Positions 14,890 to 29,600 of a stretch of DNA of 64,000 nucleotides are shown here, in pieces. This stretch comes from the human T2T-CHM13v2.0 reference genome, Homo sapiens. Position 1 is the first letter of the stretch, and each line of letters opens with the position of its first letter. Below the pieces are notes generated by a model that was not told where the DNA came from, searched no databases, and saw only the letters and a list, made by a program, of their open reading frames with translations. The DNA is taken from the NCBI RefSeq assembly GCF_009914755.1, contig NC_060941.1; one strand, written 5' to 3'. The position numbers and the translations under genes were made by a program.

Positions 14890-15208
14890 TTTTTTGTTTT
14901 TTTTTTTTTTGAGACAGTTTCACGCTGTGGCCCAGGCTGGAATGTAGGGATGTGATCACGGCTCACTGCAACCTCCACCTCCTGGGCTGAAGTGATCCTC
15001 CCACGTCAGTCTCCTGAGTAGCTGGGATTACAGGTGTAAGCCACTACACCCAGCTGATTTTTTTTTTTTTTTGGTGTTTTTTGTAGAGACAGGGTTTTGC
15101 CATGTTGCCCAGGCTGGTCTCGAACTCCTGGGTTCAGGGATCCATCCCCCTCGGCCTCCTAAAGTGCTCGGATTACAGGTGTGAGCCACTGTAAGCGACT
15201 ATCCAGCC
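14890..15208 (-). mobile_element. AluJ
   Basis: Reverse Alu; flanks share caaggt..cttact. Confidence 0.9.
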
Positions 15209-15675
15209 AAGGTCGCTTACTTGTGTACCAGTTTGGGTCACTCTGAAAATTGCTTTGAAATACTTACTGTTTAAAATGACTGAGCTCTTAGGAGTGTTTC
15301 TGCCCTCTCCCCACAACCCTCAAATATCTAAAACAACCTAATCAAATTGGTAGTTTTCATGGCTTTCAAAATGGAACTAAAATTAAAGTAAAAATGATAG
15401 AATCTTGAGCTAGAGTGGCAGATTTGAATTCTAGGCTTTGCTGGTCCACTGATGATGTTCATTTTCTTTCCTTGTGACTCTCATAATCAGAGTAAAAAGA
15501 TGAGATTGTAGGTGATAACACAATCCATTCAGAATGTATGACTTTGCTGAATTGAGGTTGATCTTTAAGTGTGAGTAAAATGTTATGCAAATTGGTAGTT
15601 TAAATAATATTTCAGAGGGGAACATGCACTTGCTAGAGAAAATGAAAATATTTCAAACCCACTCAGTTTTTTTAA

Positions 15676-16306
<631 letters not shown>

Positions 16307-16472
16307 CAACAGGTGTTTCTTGTATCAAAGTAGCGCTAATAGATTTCTGTTTCTCAAAGTGTTCTCAAGTATAACTCACCTGCTTCCTTGTTTCAGACTG
16401 GCCATTTCCCTAATTGCCTGAATTAGCGGTGTTTTTATATTCTCAATAAAGCTTTGGGGGATACATACCTTA

Positions 16473-16844
<372 letters not shown>

Positions 16845-18819
16845 CTAAATTCCACAAGGAACATTGTTGACAGTAAGTGCTATAGGAATTTTAGATAAGT
16901 AGAGACACTCAGAAGGTTTAGAAAACTGTGTGTGTGTGTAATTTATATTAATACATCTCACACACACACACAGAAGTTTTTGTATTATTTCCAGAGCTTG
17001 ATATATTCTCTGCCCATAAAATGTTTAGCTGATAGGTCTGTGAAACTGCCCTCAAATTTGGAGCCAACTCATTTTATTTGGTGTAGTAGCTCATATAATA
17101 GTTACCTTTTATTGAGTACTTACTATGTACCAACCATTATGTGCCAGACACTGTTCCAAACACTGTGTTAAACCACTTCATGGAACATTCAAAAACTCAG
17201 AGGCTACACTGGCTGGATTTAAGTGGTGGGGGTTATACAGCAAATTACCTACATTTAAGGTTGCTGCTGCCGTTTCATTCCATGTTGCCAACTGCAGAAG
17301 TGTGGGCTCCGTGTTCCCAGACTTTCCATTTAGTCAAAAGAGACAGGAAATTCACATTTTTATGGATATTTCCTGATTTTTTAAACACTACAGGCTAACT
17401 GAAACAGTTTGTGACTTTTGCATTGTATGTTCCACTCCATTTTATCCTCATAACATCCCTACAAGATAGGTATAATTATTTGTATTTGCGCACTCTCAAC
17501 ACAGCTAATACAGAGCAAAAGTAGAAATCTACTGCAGGTCTGTCTCCCTCCAAAAACTATGTTGTTATTGCGCTTCCTCATCTGGTTCCCTAAACTCATG
17601 AAGGTGGTACTGTTGGCAAAAAAATGTACTGTTTGGTTAAAGCCAGGCCCTTAACAAAATTATCAAACAGCATGGTACTGTACCACAGAGTGCCATTTTC
17701 CAGAAAACAGTTATTTATGGCTTTGGGAGAATTGATTGTAACATGAAGATAATGATAACTGCAAATATCAAACAAAAGCTCTGTTGACTTTGCTCCAGAT
17801 TTTTTATTTCAACCCCATGGTACTTCTAGAAAAGGCACACAAATACTCTAAATTGTTAACAGAGTTCTTCAAGTTTCTCAAAGAGTGGCAAAAATATTAG
17901 TGGCAATTTTACAAAGCCTGACCTTGCCAGAAAGAGATATCAGTAGTTCTCGGTGTCTACTAAATATTTAATCACTTTTATTAAAATTCTAAATGAACTT
18001 AGACGCCTTGAGGAGTTAATGCACCTCCACAAACCTGCTTTCCGCTGGTAAGATCAGGCCCATTATTATTATTATGTACAGCTGTAAAAAGCTGGTTCCA
18101 TAGCATAAATTGCGAAATACTTAGGCAAGAAGATTATTCGAGAAGAATTGTATTGCTTGTTCAGTTATATATTTTGATCTTTATAGCTAGTAGTTTTTTT
18201 TCTCATGAGAGTTGGAGATTAACCTTGCTTTTAATGTAAAAAGTATATCAGTGAGGGTAAAAATAGAAAATGAAAATAGATTTTTAATGGCAACTTTGGT
18301 TCTTAGCATTAATTTTACATGCATTTTTCATTCTGAACTTTTAAACAGTTTTGAGAAACATATGAGAGATTTGTGAACAGGGGCAAGGGAGGGTCAAATG
18401 TATCAAATCCTTGGATTCCAGCAAATGTAGGATTTGTGGAAGAGCTGAGAAGCACACATGTGTTGGGAATGTAAATTAAAATAAAACCCCACTTTGTGAA
18501 GGCTTTGAAAAGAGAGTGCACCCTGTTATGGCAAATGTCTGAGGCGTTTGTCTTCTTAATAAATTAACCAAATATTAAAATAAACATTACTTTTATCAGC
18601 CTGCATTTTTCCTCTCTGGATGAAAGTGTTTCAGGAAAAATCATAAAAGAATCTATGGTAGCTCAGAGAGGTTAAACTCAACAGTTGTTTTCTTTGAAGT
18701 CTCTGGCCATGAGGTTAATTGCCAAAACTGCTTGTGGAAAAGGTGGTAACAATTTAACAAGACTGTACAACTGCAGAGACTTAGATGAATATCAGGTGTT
18801 TGCAGATGTTTTTTCCTAA

Positions 18820-19204
18820 CAGGAAAGGGGGTGGGGAGGAGAGGCGGAACAGAATGAGAAACAGGGGAAGAGAGAGGCCTGAATAAAGTCCCAACTAAAC
18901 AGCCAATAATTCTTTGTTTGCTTAGCCAATCATCCTGTAATTGGCCAGGAGGTTAATAGGAGTCTATTGATTGGTCAGGAAGATTGCTTACTGTGGCTGT
19001 TTTTACAGTATGCTCCCAGACAGAAGACTGCAATTACTGGAGCTCTCATTCCCACTCTTTAGGGCCATGGCTGCACTGATTTATGAAACCCGATCAGGTT
19101 GCTGTTGGCAGTTTATGTTTTAAGTGTTGCCTTCTGGGTCTTTGCTGCTTATGGGTCACTGTGCTATTTCTCATCATTTATTGTGGTCATTTGAATAGGT
19201 AAGC
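18820..19204 (+). promoter_or_regulatory. Putative NF-Y (CCAAT) promoter-like module with downstream splice donor
   Basis: G-rich box, four CCAAT/ATTGG at 18903, 18926, 18940, 18970; AG|GTAAGC donor at 19198/19199. Confidence 0.35.
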
Positions 19205-19910
19205 TTATTTATGACTTACTGAAGTAGGAATACATTAAAAGTAATAACCACCACCCACGTGCACTGAAAAGTGGGAACAATCGTACAAGATGTGTGACAG
19301 AGCTCTGCTTGTTCTAGAAATAGAGATTCTGCTACCAGTATAGAGTTTACAAAAGACCAGGAAATAAAATAATACAGCCCTTCCTTTCTCTGTCTTCAAC
19401 AGACATGTTTCTCAACTCTCCTCATTAATTCCTGCTAATTGATTACACTTAGATTTGCTTTCGTATAACTTCTCATAATTAGATTTGGTTGCTGGTATGT
19501 TAGAGTTAGGAAACTGAGGCCAAGTTGTAAATGTCTTTAACCCCCAGACTGCTTTTGGAACTTGTGACAGGGCTCTTCTAACTTAACCCATCCTGACCTG
19601 GTCTTGACCTTAGCATTACTAATAAGGTACTTACCTCATCATTTCGTTTCTCACTTACTGAACGTGACTATAAATCCTCCTGTTACTCAAGATCTTGGTT
19701 TTCCACACTTTTGCAAACCTTCTTTTGTAGTTCCCTGGGAGCCCAGTTGAAGGGGAGTAAATCTTTAATTCTGATAAGGCCCTGGAGCCACAGACTTCTG
19801 TGTAGCCACATCTAGACAACTGAATTTCACTTACACTTCCAACTTCTCATTTAAAGCTACAATGACCACAACTACTGCAATGACTGTTACTGCTACTACT
19901 ACTGCTATTA

Positions 19911-20146
19911 CAGGTTGACCATCCCAAATCCAAACATCTGAAATCTGGGATGCTCCAAAATTCAAAACTTTTTTGAGTGAGTGCCAATATTACACTCTAA
20001 GGCAATGTTCATTGGAGGATTTTCGATCTTCAGATTAGGGATTCTCAACCAGTAAGTATATAATGCAAATATTCTAAGATCTGAAAAAATTCAAAATTCA
20101 AAGCACTCCTGGTCCCAAGCATTTCGGATAGGGGATAATCAACCTA
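19911..20146. mobile_element. Tigger4a (Zombi/MER46A)-type MITE
   Basis: Terminal inverted repeats caggttgaccatccc / ggggataatcaacct; TA flanks; internal 'ggtcccaagcatttcggata'. Confidence 0.85.
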
Positions 20147-20261
20147 TACCACTACCTCCTCCTCCTGTTTTTTCCTACTTTTTTTTTTTTTAACCTGTTA
20201 AGGTCTTCCGCAAATTCCTGCATTGCTTCTAATCTAAACATCTCTTTCATTCAACGTTTTC

Positions 20262-21514
<1,253 letters not shown>

Positions 21515-23096
21515 TACCCCAATACTGCAGATTCCTGGTCATTCTCCTTCCTCAAAGGACCCTTTTAGTTTGGTGAGTATACTTCTCTCCACAAATCAGT
21601 GAAAGATGTGCTTACCCCAACTGGGGCAAAGGATCTAAAACAGCCTCCTGGAGATTTATTTTTCTGTAAGGGAATCCCTTATTGTTAAACTGTTATTTTT
21701 GTACTGCCTGAACTGGGATATAATGCCTTTTCTACTTCCTTCTTTTGAAAGAAATTTTCTATCATCCTATACTAACTTACAGTTTTTCTTGTCCTCCTGA
21801 GCTTGCTGCAGCTCAAAAGAACCTTCATAATTTACTCCCCTGTCTGTCAGTAGAAGCTGGAACTCCCTTTCTCTTCCCATAGCTTCTGTAAATAAGAGAA
21901 GTGGCCTTTTCCTGCCTGTCTCCCATTACCTCACTTTAGAAGTCTCTTCTGGTGGTAATCTCACCTTTTATGAGAGTGTTTTCAACTATTGTAACTAACT
22001 TGTTGTTCCCATAATACAATGTTGTAGGACAGTGCTAATCCGACTTGTCCTTCAGTGTGGTAATTATGGGCCAAGTAAAGTAAAATGTTAGTTGCTAAGT
22101 CTCCAGTGGGGTACTCCACCACCAGTTCTACTGGACTTTGAGAATATCATTCCTGCCTTTCTTCTTGGTTCACGTCTAGGCAAGATTACCTCTTTTTCTC
22201 TGTTTTCTTACTATTTTAATAATTGTTTTTACTATGAATATCAGAGGGAAAGAGATGACTTTGCCCTTAAAAGATGCTAGCCACATAATCTCTGCAACCT
22301 CACCAAACCCCTAGTGTAAGGTAGCATCTCCTATTTAATTTGGAATTCATAAGAGAAGTTAGCTTGTTACTTTTAAATGGACTACAGTTTCTTTATCATC
22401 TGCTTTACCATAATCCAAAAATTTCAGAACCCCAGAGGAAGGTCCTTAAGATTAATTATCTCTACCATTGTATGCCGTTAGAATCCTTGTATCATGTATC
22501 ATTTTTTTTCTTGTTTTTTCGTTTGTTTGGCTAAACTTTGCTGTTTACCTCATTATCAACTTTTATATCAGAACTCAACAGCAGTCATATTAGGATTCTT
22601 TAGTAACACAGCGATGTGTGCACTTTTATCTTCCCATTTGGGGGTGAAATCTGCCACTGTTTTCCAAACGGATTAACAACCAACCAACAACCACACACAA
22701 AAAAGGAATAATTCATGTTCTGACACTAGCCAGCTTAAAAGTCTCATTGTTTTGGTATCCTTTCACTGTTGCTAAAGAAATTAAGAGAATGGAGAAAACA
22801 ACAATCCATTGGTTTAGTGAAGGGAAGCAAGGTTGAGGGAGTAAATGTGATGTTCATCCCCCCACTGCCACTTTGTTCTCCTGAAGGACCTTTCCTTTAG
22901 ATATTTGTCGCACTGCCTTCCTTCAGTTTGTTTTCTTTTCCCTTGTTTTGTTTTGAACCAATGTGTCCTTTGAGGAAGGAAGGAAGGGAGGGAAGGAAGA
23001 AGGAAAGGAGGAGAGAAGAAAACTCATGTAATACAGCCAAGATTGTGAACTGAGAGTTGGGGCAAATGCAATATTTGGTGATGCAACTATTTCTAA

Positions 23097-23530
<434 letters not shown>

Positions 23531-26279
23531 CAGAGGGATTTTGTTCTTGAGAACTAAAACGTGACTTCTGTTAATCATCAGAATATTTATTTAATGTGTT
23601 TAATGTAAAAAAGGAATTACATTTATTGTAAATGAAGGCACTAAATATATTTTTACTCTTAAATTACAATGTTGAAGTATCCTTTTGATCAAATGCAACT
23701 GGTTTTTTTTTTTTGGTGGGGGGTGTTTGGCTTGCAAAAGATAAATCATTTCAGAAATGTTTTTCTATTTGCATTTTTTCTTGAAATTTCCTTTTGAGTA
23801 TGGAAAAGTGATCAACAAACAATACAGAGAATTTTTAATGAGACATGTCAGGCATCGTGGAAGGCTCTTGCCTGGGTCACTTATGTGATGACCTCAACAA
23901 ACCCATTTTATTATACAATGAAAAAAGTGTACGAAGCTTACATATGATTTTTTTTTAAGTTTCTTCCTGCCAGAGCATGGATTAAAGAAACTTTAGTAAA
24001 GAGTAAAAAATTTTAAAACACACAGTTTGATATGAATTTTGGTAAAAGTTATCAGAGACAAATACTAGTGGGCCAACGAAAACACTGTATTTATAGGAAA
24101 ATTTGAATTGGGGCAATAAATATGTCCTGAGGCTTTGGTGGCATCAAAGTATTGGTGCTTTATTTTTTGTGATTTATTGTTTTATCAACAGAAGTGAGCA
24201 CTTGTGTTCAGAAAAGGATAATTCACACTTAAATCTTGTTTTTATTTAATCAAGCTTAAATAACAGGTTAGAGTGGTAGCAAAAAAAAAAAAAAAAGTCT
24301 AATATTTAGTTTGAATCTTAAATTGGTCACCCAGAGCTGCTCTCTCTAGGAGCGAACCTCTCTATTTGTCAATAAACAAGAGAGAGATACAGGCTCCCAG
24401 ATAACAGGCATTTGGTAAACTGGCGACAGTCATACAAGCGAGAATGTTAAAATGACTTCAGCTCTTTCTAGCTTCATTATGTCAGCCTGGCAGATCACAT
24501 ATGGCATTATGGAAATCAGCAAATGAAAACCATATTGATCAGCATTGAGAACAAATGTAAAAAAGGTGGTCTCAGGGAGGAGCAGAGAAGAAGAATGCTT
24601 TCCTGTTCAACCTGATAGGCCCTTGTTAAGGCCTTTTAATCATTTATTAACATAACCCTCCTTCTTCCCTCTCCACTCAGATTACCTCAGCCACAGAGCA
24701 TCCTGCTCCATTTATCTTTTAATGCTTCCTTTATTTAATTTATTTTTAAGCTCTAAGTTATACTCTTATTTCAGAATTGAGTTTTACTTTTCATGGTATT
24801 GTTTAAAGTGACTTAAATGACTTTTCCCAACAAGCTCACCAGGCATTCAAAGGAAGAAAAGCATTTGCTGAGATTCACCTATCAGCAAATAATTTACTCG
24901 GTATGCACCACAAACAAACGCAGAGAGACAGAGAAAGACAGTCAGCCAGACACATTAAAAAAAAAAAAAAGAAAAGTAAAATCTGAGTTGTTACTAAGCC
25001 TAATTCTCTGGTTAAAGTTTGGGTCAATGTATTCATTTTGGTCTTCTTTTCAGGGATTGGAATTGAGCCTGGTAAAATTCCTTAGGTCTAAAACTGGAAT
25101 CTCAGGCACCTTCTCTTTCCCTCTTCATTTTCTGAGTTCGGGAGAAAGGTGGACTTTTGTTTTATCTTGTTTCTTTTGGGGGAAACTTAGAGTAATATTT
25201 GGTCTGCCAAAATGAGATAGAGAAATGGAAATACGTGCTTTGTGGAGGATCCTGTTTTCCTTGAGTGTCCTTACCTGAAATGGTCTCTTTGGTTTTGTAG
25301 GTTCAGACTGAGGTTGGAACGGGCTTGCTTCTCTCTCTCACCTTCTCCCTACCCAACCCCTGCCTCCCCTTTTATTTTTATGTCGAGTTTCATCATTTGG
25401 TAAGAAATTTCAGAGGGATTTTTAAATATGAAACTGTGTCTTTTTGTAGTTGATGAGTAACCTGTGGATGTGAATCCTTGGAATCCTAATTGGCACATAA
25501 CAATAATTGTTTCTATCCTGCTATAAACCATAAGTAACTCCTAAAAAAATTCACATGCACACAAAAAATCTGCAGTGTGGATATAAGTTAATGCCCTGAA
25601 GCTGGTACATACAGACCACCTCAACGATGGACTCCTTTATGAATGATTTAGGTAATTGACACAATTTAATATTTGCAATTATTTTTCCTTTGAAACAACA
25701 CTTAAAAAAAACAAATTCTACAACATTTAAACAGTTGAGGCATCACTCTCCTATAAATTTAGTATTAAATTTCAAAATACGTATTTGTTTTAAAAAGCAA
25801 ATGTGGTTAATCTCGAAATCATTGAACTTTCTCTTTGCTCTGGACTCCTTGTCTGAGGCTGTTTGGGATGGATTAATTTTAACTTTTCTTTCCTGTTTCT
25901 TTGCTTTCCCAGTGCATCTGGGGGAAATAACTCTGATTGATTTGGATATCAAAAGATGTACAATGTGAAGATCTAATTTATCAAAACAGAATTCAATAAT
26001 TTTATTCATTTTGGCTCTCCCTTGAGACTCCAAAGATATATTCAGTAATATATTTGAAAAATCCAGGTATAAAAATGTCTTTTATCTTCTCTTCATCTTG
26101 TATACTCCTTGATTTCTAAGTACTTTTCCTCTTAGACTCATATTACTATCCCACTTTCCTTTCTGGGCTCTACATCAAACAGTGTAGGAATTACAGCAGG
26201 AGTGCTATCTGTGGAAGACTTACTCCCCTTGTTTGTTGCAGAAGAGCAGAACATTAAACAGTGAGTGGACTATGCAGAA

Positions 26280-26600
26280 ACGCTCTCCCTCTCCGGCTCT
26301 TTTCTCCCTCCCTGCCTCTTTTTTTTTTTCATTCTTGCCTCTCCTTCTCTTCCTCTGTTTCTCTCTTTCTCTCTCTCTCTCTCTTCCCCCCCACCCGCCC
26401 CCATTCCCAATGGGAGTGTTGTTTATAGAGCATTATAATTTATAACTGAAGAGAGTGGATTTAATTTCAGTGGAGAGGCTCGCCAGCAGGGCGCCAGCCT
26501 GCAATCATATGAATCAGCAAGCTGCAAACTCTATTGAATGGAAAGTATTATCGCTGGCCACAAACGGACACTGTTTCTCCTAAACAACTCCCTTGGTGCA
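26280..26600 (+). promoter_or_regulatory. Promoter/enhancer-like module (CT tract, GC box, CCAAT, TATA-like)
   Basis: Polypyrimidine tract, CCCACCCGCCCCC, CCAAT 26407, TTATAATTTATAA ~26434, CpG-containing GCCAGCAGGGCGCC. Confidence 0.35.
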
Positions 26601-29600
26601 GGAAGACCTTGTCTTCATTCATCTATTTTACATATCTACTTCTGTTTTAATTTTGCCATTTCCTAAAAGTGTTTTCTGTTTTAGATTGCAGCTTTTCTCT
26701 AACTACCTTATTTCCTGATGCAATATTGAAAACTGCTATTGTATATTTCTGACTGATTTGATATCTCTTCTTTCCTTATTCTTTACCATGTATGACTAGT
26801 TTTCTGTTTGCTTCTCCTTCCTATATGCAACTCTTTTTTTTATGAGACCTGTTAAACCTGCCAAAAGACTAACCATTAGCATTAATACTGTAAAATGCTA
26901 GTCAGTTTGGATCACCTCAAGTTTTATTTAATCATGGATATTTTGTTTATACTCCGACATTTTTTCTACATTCATGGAAAGATTTATTTTGTTGTCTTGC
27001 AAACATCTGGGAGATGATTTCTTATTCTTTACATGACCCATCAAATGTCTTGTAATGTTAGTACTTGTGCCTTTATACCACATTTTTCTCAAGTGTTTCA
27101 GTCATTTTTTTAGGAAAAGGGATAGAATATGTGCATGACTTGTGGCTGGTATTTGTTTTTTGCTTTAACTCAAAATCAGCTGCTTTAATGTAGCTGAACT
27201 AAATCTCTAGGTTATTCTAAAAATCAAGTTGGACCAACTTTGCTGATACCTTTTTAAGAAGTATTTTACTGAATTCATGTAGCTATTATAATTGTTGGGA
27301 ATTTTGGTAGTGAATCTTTAACTGAGGTTAGACAGATTGCATTACTCTTGCATCAAATATCATGCTATCTTCATCCAGGCTTTTAAATAATTTCAACACC
27401 TATGCCTTAACAATAAAATCCCAGTTGCACAAATAGCGGGTTAACTGATAATGATATTTGCTTAAAGGGAAAGAGGGATAGTACATGAGACAGTAAGGCA
27501 GCTCCGATAAAGGAATTTGATTTCGATTTCATTGGAAAGCCAGACTAGTCTGACTACATTTATTTAAAATAAAGGTCTGTAAAGATACTAACCGAAATGC
27601 AAAAATTAGCAGATAACAAAAGTGAACTTCTAATAACAAAACTTCTAATCAGAAATTTGATTAGAAGTTCATGTTTTGTCAGAAATAGATCCTTTTTGTT
27701 ATATAAAAGGAAATTATTTATACATCAGCTTGCATATTTTCTTCACACAATTTAACATCAACAACTCAAAATATATGTAATCATAATTTTTCTCATTTCA
27801 AGCACAAACTTGTGAATCCATATATATTCATACATTTTATCCTTTAAAGTGTGAGAATAGAGTTATAGTCTTCACTGTCTCAGCTAGGTTTTTCTTTTCT
27901 TTTTTCCTTTTTGCCTTTGATTACTCCATAAGAATTACACACAGAAGCAGAAAATCAATATGTTTACCTCTGCTTATTTTCAAAATTGAATGTTGCTGTG
28001 GTTTGATACCAGAGACGGTATACCCAGTATCAGCTTTGAGAGATTTTGTTTGGTTTTAGTTTAAAATTCCTTGTGTGTGTGGATATTACCTCTGACAACA
28101 ATTAACTATCAGTAAAAGTAAAATGTTCATTTTTTTTTCCCCAAGAAGTAGTGAGTGAAATGAAGAAGAAACTTGTGAGATGATTTCAAGTGAACATCTT
28201 TCTAAATCCTTTTATTCATGACTTAAAACCATTTGGTAAGTCTGACCCAAGATGTATGGATTTTTATTGAATTATTAAGATTACAAAAACTACAGGCAGC
28301 TATCTTCACACATATCTTCAGACAGTAATCTTGTGCATTTTTAACATCCTTGAGGAGGTGGGAGAACTATGTTGAAGTGCAGACATTTGATTAAGGTTGG
28401 AATGACTCAACAGTAGTGAAAACACCCTTGCCTTCCTCTTTTCAGAGGCCTGGAGAGGCAGACCCTTTGTCTTTTCACTTGAGTCCTGCCTTCTTTGTTT
28501 TTGTGTTTTGTTTTGTTTTTGCCTAAAAGATGTTCCTCTCTACCTGTAATGTAACATTCAAGAAAAATCTGGTTTATCTGTGCCTCATCCTGATTAATTC
28601 CTATTTTCAAAATCTACCATAAGAACTTTCAAAATCCAATCCTAGAACAGATAAGTTGTGTTTGCCTGTGTATTCTATGCAAAAGATTAGTTTCTTTAAA
28701 TTTATACACACAAGTTAATACCTTTGAGAATTTTCTGCAATTGAAGTAAAAGAAAAAATATGTGGTTGGCATCTTTGATTTTTTTTTTTTGTAGTGACAG
28801 AGTCTCGCTGGTATCTTTGATTTAAATAAAAATATATATTGAAAATAGAACCATCTATAAATACATTTGTCCAAAATCTTTATATGCTACTAGATTCAAA
28901 GATATAAATTAACTACAAGGAAGTGCCATTCACTAAAAAGTTGCTTTTTATCATTTAAAGCAGGGTGGTTTTTTTTTTTTGCAGAATTTTTGCATGTTAT
29001 GGTGACCTGACTTCCTAACATATTATCTGATTCCTTGATCAGAAAAACTTTATAAAAATAGTCTGAGTTAATTTTTTTTTTAATTTACTGGATAACCTTG
29101 TAAAAGTCCCTCCACTAGTCATATAGTGAATATGTCACATTTAGGTAATTGCCATTGCCGTGCTGGATGGTTAATATACGGAATTTCCGAGCACTGATCT
29201 AATAGAACTTGCTGGGGCATCATGGCAGACAAGTATGTCTCCCCTCCCTGTGACTGCGCTCCTGCATGGTATGCTTGGCAAGCTTAGCAAAGCTTAAAAG
29301 TCAGCTGCATCTGTGTGATCCAACTTTGCTTTGACTGGGAGCAATTGAGTACACCATTTGTTTTTTCTAAATATCACAAAAATTGTATTTTCCATTTACT
29401 AGGGCCTTTTAAGAAAAAAATGCCTAGGGCTGATGGTTTACCAACTTTTTTACCATCTATGCCTCCAAAATATAAAAAAGGTCATGGTCTTACTACTGAT
29501 TATAGTGGACCACACTATGGTCACTCTAGTTAAAACTGTGACCTTGAAGCGGGGGTTGGGTAAGGAAGGCCCTACTTGTGGCAGCTTTCCTCCACATTTT

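Noticed and set aside
24817-25215. 132-aa ORF
   Set aside because: Runs through poly-A/low-complexity DNA; no recognisable homology
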